A stretch of DNA of 64,000 nt, taken from the NCBI GenBank assembly GCA_024277205.1, contig JAJRVP010000015.1:1645-65644 (forward strand). Direction: 5' to 3'. Made by a program: the position numbers and the translations under genes. Within the stretch, counting starts at the first letter, position 1; every line of letters starts with the position of its first letter. The stretch comes from an archaeon. Lineage in GTDB: Archaea; Nanobdellota; Nanobdellia; CSSed11-243R1. The notes under the pieces are model-generated. The model ran no database searches. It saw nothing but the letters and a program-made list of their open reading frames with translations, and had not been told where the DNA came from. Shown piece by piece: positions 38,811 through 47,385 of the stretch.

Positions 38811-41067
38811 CTTGTATTTCCTTCCCAAAAAACTTGCTTGCCTTCTTCGCATTTTTTATTGAGATTTTTGTTATTTTTCTCAATTCTATTACGTTTTCTT
38901 TTGCTCTTTCAATAGCATATTCTACTTGGGGCAAACTGTGCGCAAATACAATCAATGCATTTTCTGTCTTTTTTAATTCTCCAACCAACCTATTCGCATT
39001 TACTAATATCTCCTTGAGTTCAGTTATCATTCTTTTTTCTTCTTCTCCAAAAAGATCTGTATATTTTAACATAACCGCTTCTAAATTACTTATTCCTCTT
39101 TCTATATCTATCATGCATTTCTCTGATTTTCTAACCTCAGCACTAAAATCTTTTTCCATCAAAGCCAAATTTCTGTAGTATGCAATAAGTTTGTATAGCA
39201 TCAATCCTTCATCCTCAAATCCCCTTCTTAATGTATTTATAAAAGCAACATATTGCATCAAATCTGTCTTGTTTTCAATCCACTTTTTCAAGCGCAAAAT
39301 CTCCATAGATTCTTCCTTTTCTTCTTTGCTCAGATAATGTTCTGCCATAACAATATCTTTAATCATTCTATCTTCCACATTCTTCCCAAAAATTCCAAAC
39401 AATCCTTTTTTTGTAAAATTAAAATGGGGTGCTTCGCTTATTGCCTTTTTAATAGCATTTATTGCAGGAAGAAATTCGCGCTTCATATCTTTGTGCTTGG
39501 TTTGCAATTCTCTAATTCTCATTCTAAGTTCTGCAATCTTGGCTCTTGTTTCTGCTTCTTCTTGAGTTGTTTTTGGGGCTCCTGCTTGGGCTTCCTCTTT
39601 AACAATTATCTTTTCCTCTTTTAGTGATTCTTCTAGTTCTCTTATGTCTGCTCTTAAATCACGAATCGCTCTTTTAGTTCCAGCATCAACAGATTTTTCA
39701 ATGCCTAAGAGATTTTTATCCAATTTCTTTAGATTTTTTAAAAAACCCTTGTTTTCCAATATATACATCATTTGCATATCTCTCTCTAAATTTTTAATTA
39801 TTCCTTCCTCTCCTGCAAACTCCTTGAACAATTCTCTTCTTTCTTCATCTATGTGCTGTAATGCTGGTATCAATGCTTTCTGAGAGAATTGCGCAACTTT
39901 TTCAAGAAAGTTTAATGCACCAGATGGATTTTTCTTTGCAATCTTATATGCGCTTAAAAGAGCATTGTTTATCCACATTATCTGTGGTTTTAATCTTATC
40001 TCTGCAGTAGAAATATTATTAATAAATCTCGAAATCATGGTAGAAAATCTTTGCATATTCTCAAATAATCTGTCCAACCTGGCAAATTCTTTTTCCAAAT
40101 CTTCTTCTTCTTTAAGTAATGCTCGTTCTTCTGCATTTATCATTGAAACTGTTCTGCTTACTTTTACTCCATATTTTGCAGCTCCTTTTTTGACTTTTTC
40201 TAAATGTTTTTGGATTTTCTGCAGGGATTTCATCAATTTTTTAATCCGTTTAGAAACTCTTGCTTCTTTTTTTGCTTTTTGTTCTTCTCTTCTAAATATT
40301 CTTGGTCTGCCACCAATGAGTTTTTCTATTTTTTCATGGTCTTTTATTAGCTTAAACATAAGTTTCATGTCGAGGGCAATTGCATCAACAATCCAATTTT
40401 CTTCTTTCATAAATTTGGCAAAAAAAATCTCTTCTTTTTCAAAAACCAATTCAAGTTTTTTCAAATACATTGGTGCTAAAAAAATACGAGTTAATCCCCT
40501 TGCATAAACTCCTTCTTTCATAGACAAAGAATGTGCTTTTCTCAATGCTGCAAGTTCTTTATTTGTAACAGAAATCAATTTTTTATCTCTTGCTGCTTCC
40601 CTAGAAAGAATTTTTTCGCATTGTCTTGTTAGCTTTTCCACTTTTTTAATTTTGGCTCTTAACTGTTTGGGCATCTTTTTTTCTTCTGCTTCTTCTTGGT
40701 GTAACTCTAAATCTGTGGTTCTTAGTGTTGAGTATAAAAAACGTGCTTGTTCAGATGCCAACTTCCTTTCTGTTCCTATAAAGTGCATAAGCATACTTAA
40801 TGTCCATGTTTTTTCAGAAAGGTATTGCACAATGCCCTTACCAAACCTTTTCCTCAATTTACCATATACTGTTCTTTTGCTCGCCCTTCCTCTGGATTCT
40901 ATCTCAGCTCCTGCTGCTTCTACAAGTGGTTTTGCTATTCCTGCAACTTCAACATATTTTGCAATTGCAGAAGACAATTTTTCTAAGAATTCTTCGTGCT
41001 TTGCAAAAATTTGCTCTAAAACATCCATATTACGCCTAAGCTGGTTTTCTAATCCTTGAAGTGGCAT
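38800..41067 (-). CDS. large K/E-rich coiled-coil protein, hypothetical
   Basis: 755 aa and almost entirely predicted helical or coiled coil. No Walker motifs. Confidence 0.4.
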   Translation of the reverse strand: MPLQGLENQLRRNMDVLEQIFAKHEEFLEKLSSAIAKYVEVAGIAKPLVEAAGAEIESRGRASKRTVYGKLRKRFGKGIVQYLSEKTWTLSMLMHFIGTERKLASEQARFLYSTLRTTDLELHQEEAEEKKMPKQLRAKIKKVEKLTRQCEKILSREAARDKKLISVTNKELAALRKAHSLSMKEGVYARGLTRIFLAPMYLKKLELVFEKEEIFFAKFMKEENWIVDAIALDMKLMFKLIKDHEKIEKLIGGRPRIFRREEQKAKKEARVSKRIKKLMKSLQKIQKHLEKVKKGAAKYGVKVSRTVSMINAEERALLKEEEDLEKEFARLDRLFENMQRFSTMISRFINNISTAEIRLKPQIMWINNALLSAYKIAKKNPSGALNFLEKVAQFSQKALIPALQHIDEERRELFKEFAGEEGIIKNLERDMQMMYILENKGFLKNLKKLDKNLLGIEKSVDAGTKRAIRDLRADIRELEESLKEEKIIVKEEAQAGAPKTTQEEAETRAKIAELRMRIRELQTKHKDMKREFLPAINAIKKAISEAPHFNFTKKGLFGIFGKNVEDRMIKDIVMAEHYLSKEEKEESMEILRLKKWIENKTDLMQYVAFINTLRRGFEDEGLMLYKLIAYYRNLALMEKDFSAEVRKSEKCMIDIERGISNLEAVMLKYTDLFGEEEKRMITELKEILVNANRLVGELKKTENALIVFAHSLPQVEYAIERAKENVIELRKITKISIKNAKKASKFFGKEIQAKL

Positions 41068-41104
41068 AATACTCTAAGAAAATATACGTTAATAAAATTA
41101 TGGA

Positions 41105-41373
41105 TGCGGGGGAGGAGATTTTCACCAACCCTTTCTTTTGGTCGAGCTTTTCTTTTTAAGAAAAGGTCGTTTTGAACTCCCGCAGGGATTGGTCACCAAA
41201 GCGCCAAAGGGCACATTAGCTCTAACCCACCAGGTATCCACGACCCCTTCTTTTGGTCGAGCTTTTCTTCCAAAGAAAAGGTCGCCTAAGCCTGGCCCGT
41301 TTGACCGTACCGTGCTCTTTCTTTCCCGAGGGTTTCTTTCTCACGAGAAAGAAGAGCTCTCCGGCACCCCCGC
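41105..41373 (-). tRNA. tRNA-Leu (anticodon UAG), class II, with at least three introns (D-loop, anticodon loop, T-loop region)
   Basis: Acceptor GCGGGGG/CCCCCGC with A73. D-arm CCG-GAGCGGUCAAA-CGG appears after removing a 50-nt D-loop intron. Anticodon stem CCAGG/CCUGG with loop CUUAGG|A. T-stem GGGAG/CUCCU is split by an intron after UUCAAAA. A 48-nt stretch in the variable region is unresolved. Confidence 0.45.
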
Positions 41374-41416
41374 ATAAAACAATAGAAAATAATCCACTAT
41401 AAAAAAGTTGTGAAAA

Positions 41417-42055
41417 TTAATCTCTTATACTTCTAATTTTTTGAGCTAGTTTGTATGCAAAGAGGTAATTAGCTCCAGATAACATAGCACCAACCAACAT
41501 TGTATTTGTTGGAGCAATTTGAGAAGCAATTAAAGACATATCTCCATAATCTAAAAAGAAAGAACCTGCATTTAACATAATGGCGCTAACTCCAACACCA
41601 AAAGATTTCATATCCTTATTTTCAATTCCTTCAGCAGCCATATAAAATCCAAATGTGGGTATAACAAAATTTGGCAATAATGCCGAAATTGAAACTGCAA
41701 GAAGATTTGGTGCAGTTAAGAGTGTGTATGCTCCTTTTGAGTTTACTCCAAATCCAAGAACGTCTCCTCCACACAATTTAGCACCAATAGCATGCAATGT
41801 TTCATGAAGAACAGTAAGTGGTAATATGCTTAAATATGCTGCAGCAAAATATTGTTTTGCCCCATTATTAACTTCAATATTTAATGAGTCCTTATTTTGT
41901 TCTTCTTCAATAAAATCCAACCAATATCTGAACATATCAATGTTAGATTCGTCTAAATTAGAAACATCGATGTAATCTGGAAGTTTGTCTTTTGAACTCA
42001 ATAATTCTTCTAATTCCATTTGTTTAATTTCACTGATACTTAAGCATTCACTCAT
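41417..42055 (-). CDS. membrane protein with HExxH motif (putative zinc metalloprotease)
   Basis: 212 aa. HETLH lies in a hydrophobic context. Confidence 0.35.
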   Translation of the reverse strand: MSECLSISEIKQMELEELLSSKDKLPDYIDVSNLDESNIDMFRYWLDFIEEEQNKDSLNIEVNNGAKQYFAAAYLSILPLTVLHETLHAIGAKLCGGDVLGFGVNSKGAYTLLTAPNLLAVSISALLPNFVIPTFGFYMAAEGIENKDMKSFGVGVSAIMLNAGSFFLDYGDMSLIASQIAPTNTMLVGAMLSGANYLFAYKLAQKIRSIRD

Positions 42056-42124
42056 ATGGTAATCACTATGTAATTATGACTAAAAATTATTTAAAAAGAT
42101 TGCGAATAAAAAAGAAAAAGAAGA

Positions 42125-42655
42125 CTAAGCTTCAGAATAAGCTTCGCCAATTACACTCATGTAAAAAATTCCTGCTATTGCTGCTCCCAATATATTTCCA
42201 ATTATTGGTATAAATCCCAATACAAATTTTATTACCCCTGCAATAACTATTGAGATTATCCAACCCCCAAAGAATTTTTGTGTAAAAATTTTCTTTGTAA
42301 TCTGTTTAAAATTAAATGCCTCTGAAAATTTTCTTTTTTCAGCATATCTTAAAACTGCTCCTGTTGCTATATAACCAATAACTAATCCAACAATAATTAG
42401 TAGTATCAATGTTATTGTTATTTCACCAAAACCTATAGCTGCTGAAAATCCAGTAATTAATGCTAAGATTATCACAGGTATTAAGTATATCAACAATATA
42501 ACAAACTGCTTTATTCCCTCAACAAACAATTTCACATAATCTTTGAACTCTGGTAGTTTCTTTTGTTTTTTCATTGAGGTTTGTGCCACATCTAATAAAT
42601 AGCCCATCCCAATAAAGTTAACATTTGGTATTATGCTAACAATGATATAAATCAA
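42125..42655 (-). CDS. multi-pass membrane protein, hypothetical
   Basis: 176 aa with four or five transmembrane helices. Confidence 0.3.
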   Translation of the reverse strand: MIYIIVSIIPNVNFIGMGYLLDVAQTSMKKQKKLPEFKDYVKLFVEGIKQFVILLIYLIPVIILALITGFSAAIGFGEITITLILLIIVGLVIGYIATGAVLRYAEKRKFSEAFNFKQITKKIFTQKFFGGWIISIVIAGVIKFVLGFIPIIGNILGAAIAGIFYMSVIGEAYSEA

Positions 42656-42779
42656 TAATTTACTAAGTCACTAAATGGTCTTTTTAATGCTTCTGAATAG
42701 TTTACCACATGTTCACCTCCGACTTTTGATAAAAATAAAAATCGTTAGATTTATAAAAGAATTACTACTCTAAGATATT

Positions 42780-43121
42780 ATGACTACTGACGAGGAGTTA
42801 AATAAAATCCTTGATGGATTGAAAAAAGAAGGTAAAGTAAAAGATAACTCTGAGATAGAAAAAATGCTAAGTAAAAAAGCATGGCATACAGCAATTAGGG
42901 TTGAAAAAGGTGGACAACTATCCATCTTTTATAATATGCCTGGCTTAGGGATAGGAGTATCCCATATTAATATGGATATATCAATAGAAGAAATTGAAAA
43001 AAGAATAAAGGATTCTTCGTATGGGCTACCTCACCAAACAAGAGATGACTACAGAATAGATGGTAACGTAATTTATCTAAGATATGGTACAGATAGTATT
43101 GGTACACTACTAAAAGAGTAG
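42780..43121 (+). CDS. hypothetical protein
   Basis: 113 aa. Confidence 0.25.
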   Translation: MTTDEELNKILDGLKKEGKVKDNSEIEKMLSKKAWHTAIRVEKGGQLSIFYNMPGLGIGVSHINMDISIEEIEKRIKDSSYGLPHQTRDDYRIDGNVIYLRYGTDSIGTLLKE

Positions 43122-43296
43122 GTGCCAAATTGAAAAAGGATGCAAAAAAGAATGTAATTGCACTCCATAACTATCTCTTTTTTACTAATTACGGCAAACA
43201 AAGCATTATAATTGTGGAAAGTTGATTGATATAATTAAAAAATGGCTTGAATACAAAAGATGTTTAGCTGTAACTATTGCTAATTAAAACTATAGA

Positions 43297-43524
43297 TTGT
43301 ATCAGATGGAGCATTGTATTGATTACGAATTATTTCCAGAGGATATTAATGAATTTCATATAAATAAATCTTTAATTAAGAATTCCATGGAAAAAATTTT
43401 AAAGAAAGAAGAATATCGCGAAAACGCAGTGTATCATGCAAAATTATCAAACTCAAAAGTTAAACTAATTTTAATACCAAAGTCTAAACTAGAAAAAATT
43501 CTTAAATGTCTCAATGAAGATTAA
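43297..43524 (+). CDS. hypothetical small protein
   Basis: 75 aa. Confidence 0.2.
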   Translation: MYQMEHCIDYELFPEDINEFHINKSLIKNSMEKILKKEEYRENAVYHAKLSNSKVKLILIPKSKLEKILKCLNED

Positions 43525-43556
43525 TATACATAGTGGGTAAGAGTTACAAAAAATCA

Positions 43557-43985
43557 TTAGTGAAACTGCTTTCGCATGTGGATCTCCTTGTGTCTAATTC
43601 TAAACCCCATCTTCTTATACAGCGCAATTGCGCTTTCATTGTCTTCTACTACATGAAGATCCAAAGCAATCACCCTATCCTCTTTACAAATACTCATCGT
43701 TTTTTCTATTAATGCTCGCGCAATTCCTTTTTTACGATGGTTTGGCAGAACAATAAGTCTTCTGAGATATCCTATCTTTTCACTATCACCCCTAGTTCCT
43801 ATGATTAACTCTATCTTTCCAACTATCTCCAAATCTTCAACAGCAAGGAGGATTAATTTTCTTTCTACTTTAGATGGATCTATAGGACATATATATTTCT
43901 TTATTAAACGCTCCTTAAATCCCCCCTCATCATCAAGCTGTAAGATTGCATTTGTATCTTTTTCTGTTGCAATACGTATTTCCAT
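43557..43985 (-). CDS. GNAT-family N-acetyltransferase
   Basis: 142 aa. The acetyl-CoA binding motif is RRLIVLPNHRKKGIARAL. Confidence 0.7.
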   Translation of the reverse strand: MEIRIATEKDTNAILQLDDEGGFKERLIKKYICPIDPSKVERKLILLAVEDLEIVGKIELIIGTRGDSEKIGYLRRLIVLPNHRKKGIARALIEKTMSICKEDRVIALDLHVVEDNESAIALYKKMGFRIRHKEIHMRKQFH

Positions 43986-44061
43986 CTAAATCATTATTAA
44001 TCAAAAAAGCATTATTTAAATTTATTTAGCTAAATAAAAAATTAACTTCAAGAATTAATTA

Positions 44062-45357
44062 TCAATGTCTCAACATTGGTGGGGGCTTCCTATGTGGCGG
44101 ATGGCGTATGTGGGTTACACGACTGCGGGCCGCCCGTATATTGCTTGCAGCAAATGAACGTGGTGAAGGATCTCTTGATGGTTTATTCAATTGATAACTT
44201 AACATACTGCTTGGGGGACCTGGTGGCCTTACTGACGAGTTTCTCCTGTTGTAACTATCTGTATTCCCTTGAGAACTATCCGACGAAATGTTACCAAATT
44301 TACCAGACGAATAATTACTGGTATCCGGAGACGTCGAAATAACATTTTGTGGCAATCTTTGAGCATAAGCAATTTCATGAAATCTTTCTTTCTCCTTAAT
44401 TAGTGAAGGCAACCTTTGTTTATAGAAAGTATCTCCTGAATCTCCAAGAATCTTGTAGTAATCTATGGCAATAGATATCAAACCCTCAGCTGACTTGAAA
44501 TCTTTTTCATCAACAGCCATGTATGTCATAGAAAGGAGTATTTCAGGAATGACTAATAGAGTATCATAATCAACATCCTTAGCATCCATCTTCCTGCGCC
44601 AAACAGTAAGAGCGTGATCCATATCATTAATAGCATCTTTTCTACTGCCAATTTCTTCGTAAATACTTCCCCTTATGTACAATGAAGTAATATCATCTTT
44701 CCTGAATCCAAGCGCAGAGTTAATTGAGGATAAAGCAGAATTTAAATCGCATCTTTCCATGTTAACATATGTAAGCAAATACATCAAATTAAGATACTCC
44801 TTACTATTCCTACTTTGATGTATTGTCTTTCCAGCCATATAATCTCTACCATAATCCAAATATCTCTTAGCACTTAATAATTCACCTTTGTTATATCTAA
44901 GTCCCCCTAGGTAACTAACAGTTTTCATAAGCACATTCATAACATCATCATCATTAGAATTGGGTATAGCCAACAATAAATCTTCCAATCCTTTTATTGA
45001 ACTAGAAGAACCAAAATTCTCAAAACTAATCGTATAAAAATCATAAAAAAATTCCATAGCAGCAGGATAATCCGCAAGGCGATTTAGATTTATTGTATCA
45101 TCTGAAAGAAGAATATTCATTGAGTCTGCAAGTAATTGTATTCCCCTATTTTTACTTTTGAGTTTTTGCACTTCATTAGTTTCTTGCATACCCGCAAGGT
45201 ATTCATACTTTCCGACAAGGTATGTTATTTCCCCACTATTATCCATCCTTGCTGCAGTTTCAAGATAGCTTATAGCATCACTTGCCCTCTCTGCCCTCCT
45301 AACTGCATCAGCATAAGGTTTCGCTTTTGCATTCGCTTTCCATCTCGCCATAATCAA
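44062..45357 (-). CDS. TPR-like repeat protein with GC-rich, Pro/Ser/Arg-rich C-terminal extension
   Basis: 431 aa. The helical repeat region is followed by a low-complexity tail, encoded by 44062..44340 at markedly higher GC. Confidence 0.4.
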   Translation of the reverse strand: MIMARWKANAKAKPYADAVRRAERASDAISYLETAARMDNSGEITYLVGKYEYLAGMQETNEVQKLKSKNRGIQLLADSMNILLSDDTINLNRLADYPAAMEFFYDFYTISFENFGSSSSIKGLEDLLLAIPNSNDDDVMNVLMKTVSYLGGLRYNKGELLSAKRYLDYGRDYMAGKTIHQSRNSKEYLNLMYLLTYVNMERCDLNSALSSINSALGFRKDDITSLYIRGSIYEEIGSRKDAINDMDHALTVWRRKMDAKDVDYDTLLVIPEILLSMTYMAVDEKDFKSAEGLISIAIDYYKILGDSGDTFYKQRLPSLIKEKERFHEIAYAQRLPQNVISTSPDTSNYSSGKFGNISSDSSQGNTDSYNRRNSSVRPPGPPSSMLSYQLNKPSRDPSPRSFAASNIRAARSRVTHIRHPPHRKPPPMLRH

Positions 45358-45423
45358 ATCAAATAGGTTATGTTTTAAAGACTTTTTCTTTATAATGTTA
45401 CAAATTATTATTTAAAGAAAAAG

Positions 45424-45601
45424 TGCTCCCACCGGGATTTGAACTCCCGCAACCTTTCCTTTCTTTTGGTGCAGCTTTTCTTTTTGAAAGAAAAGGTGTC
45501 CCGGGTCATCGGCTTTCTCCAGATTTCTTTGGTGCAACTTTCTTTTTAAAGAAAGGTGCTTCGAGAGGCCGACATCCTTGACCGGACTAGACTATGGGAG
45601 C
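45424..45601 (-). tRNA. tRNA-Glu (anticodon CUC) with two introns (anticodon loop and T-arm 53/54)
   Basis: Acceptor GCUCCCA/UGGGAGC with A73. Anticodon stem UCGGC/GCCGA with loop CUCUCGA. T-stem CCGGG/CCCGG is interrupted before UUCAAAU by a 55-nt intron. Overall pattern matches archaeal tRNA-Glu. Confidence 0.5.
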
Positions 45602-45693
45602 GTCCAGTTCTTCCGCCAGCGCTTCTTTTTAAGAAGGGCTGATGGGAGCACAATAAGAAAATAATATAAATATATTAAAAGCTTTACTAATGT

Positions 45694-46800
45694 ATGGATT
45701 CGAAGTTAATTATTGCAATTGCACTTATGGTTAGTACAGTTGCTGGGGCTTCTGTATTGGGTTTTCCATATGTTTTTGCAAAAGTTGGTTTTCTAACTGG
45801 AGTTACAACAATTGTAATTGTTGGTATTGCAACCACCCTAATGACTCTCTATATTGCTGAATTATCTTTAATGGAAAAAAAAGAACATTTACTATCTGGA
45901 TTTGCTAAGAGGTATTTTGGGCAAAAGGGAAAGTTATTCACTCTATTAATTGAAACTTTTGGCATATATACTGCAATAATTGCATATCTAATTGCAATTG
46001 GTTTGGCATTATCTAATATTTTTGGCGGAAGTCCATTAATTATGGGTACTCTATTCTTTGTAATTGCTGCATTTTTGATATTGTTCAAATTTAAGAGATT
46101 TAGTAAATTAGACATAAGTGTTGCCATTGCTAAAATTTTCATTTTATTATTTTTCATTATAGTATTCTTTTCAACAGCAAAAACATCTAATGTCTCCAAT
46201 TTTGAAATATCAAAAGTTTTTGCGCCATTTGGTATTGTATTATTTTCATGTTTGGGTTATAATGTAATTCCTGAGATGAAAAAGATTTTAGGAAAACAGA
46301 AAGAGAAACTTATGACTGCAATTGTTGGAGCTATGGCAATTGTAATGACTATCTATATTTTATTCTCCTATGTTTTCATTGGAAATTTTGGCTCTCAAAT
46401 AAATGAAGTTGCTGTTGTAGGACTTCCAGTTTATACATTACTGGGCAATCTATTCGTTTTAATTGCAATGGCAATACCATTTATAGCCCTTACAGATGCA
46501 ATCAAACATATTTATGTAAAAGATATTGGCTTGGATAGAAGAATCTCTTGGTTCCTTTCTGCATTTATTCCATTTTTAATCTATGTCTATGTCAAACTAG
46601 GATTTGTTACATTTCTTCAAATATCAGGTACTTATGCTGGTGGATTACTTGGAATACTAACAATGCTAATTGTTCTAAAAGCAAGAAAGAAAAAAGTAAA
46701 AACCAAATTTAGAGTTCCTGGTGGAAACTTCCCAATTTACTTTGCAATTGCTATTTTTGTAATTGGAATATTTTATCAAACAATATCTATCTTCTTCTAG
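45694..46800 (+). CDS. amino-acid permease (Trp/Tyr-permease / AAAP-like family)
   Basis: 368 aa with about 11 transmembrane helices. The N-terminal Gly-rich helix is typical of amino-acid transporter families. Confidence 0.45.
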   Translation: MDSKLIIAIALMVSTVAGASVLGFPYVFAKVGFLTGVTTIVIVGIATTLMTLYIAELSLMEKKEHLLSGFAKRYFGQKGKLFTLLIETFGIYTAIIAYLIAIGLALSNIFGGSPLIMGTLFFVIAAFLILFKFKRFSKLDISVAIAKIFILLFFIIVFFSTAKTSNVSNFEISKVFAPFGIVLFSCLGYNVIPEMKKILGKQKEKLMTAIVGAMAIVMTIYILFSYVFIGNFGSQINEVAVVGLPVYTLLGNLFVLIAMAIPFIALTDAIKHIYVKDIGLDRRISWFLSAFIPFLIYVYVKLGFVTFLQISGTYAGGLLGILTMLIVLKARKKKVKTKFRVPGGNFPIYFAIAIFVIGIFYQTISIFF

Positions 46801-47032
46801 TTCCTGTTACTTGTCCAATTAATTCTCCAATAAACATTCCTGCTATTGCATATGCTATAACCATGGTAATTCCAACAGTTCCCAAAGAAATATTTGTTGC
46901 TTTCCAATCAGACAAGTATGGAATCATTATTCCACCAATTCTAAGTATATACAATACAGCTCCAATTGCAAATCCAATTATTCCATCTTTCATCCAAGGT
47001 TTAAGTTCTTTCCATTCCATAACAAGTATCAA
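46787..47032 (-). CDS. small membrane protein
   Basis: 81 aa. Confidence 0.2.
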   Translation of the reverse strand: MILVMEWKELKPWMKDGIIGFAIGAVLYILRIGGIMIPYLSDWKATNISLGTVGITMVIAYAIAGMFIGELIGQVTGTRRR

Positions 47033-47144
47033 ACTTTTTTCATTTAAGAATATTTGTTTTTCACACAGAAGTAGTTCTTTAAATGATTAAATTCCCTACA
47101 AAAAGTCCAACACGGCTCTTTTAGCACCCTCAGAATTTGATTAG

Positions 47145-47270
47145 TTCATCTTCCATGACAGTACCGCATTTTTGGCAATACATTTCAATCCTATCAGTGG
47201 TGCGTGCTATTTTATTTGAACCGCATTGTGGGCAAATAAGATTCAGTTCTAATTTAGTTTTACTTGCCAT
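47145..47270 (-). CDS. zinc-ribbon mini-protein (CPQC...CQKC)
   Basis: 41 aa reverse-strand ORF: MASKTKLELNLICPQCGSNKIARTTDRIEMYCQKCGTCHGR. Below the ORF-track size cutoff. Confidence 0.3.
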
Positions 47271-47385
47271 TGAACACCACCAAAATAGTATTAATCAATC
47301 CGTTCTTATAAGGATTGTTGCAAGTCCAATATATAGTTTAGAATAAATAGAAAATGTTTTCAAAGGCAAATTTTTTCTTTAATAC

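Noticed and set aside
38834-41059. Multiple plus-strand ORFs (79-180 aa) inside the 755-aa coiled-coil gene
   Set aside because: The antisense frames of a K/E-rich gene give F/L/S-rich pseudo-proteins. Nothing supports them.
41105-41373. Two separate tRNA genes, or a plus-strand tRNA, in the 269-nt GC-rich block
   Set aside because: Only the minus strand gives a complementary acceptor pair (GCGGGGG/CCCCCGC) and a class II D-arm plus a UAG anticodon stem-loop. No second acceptor or T-arm pair was found.
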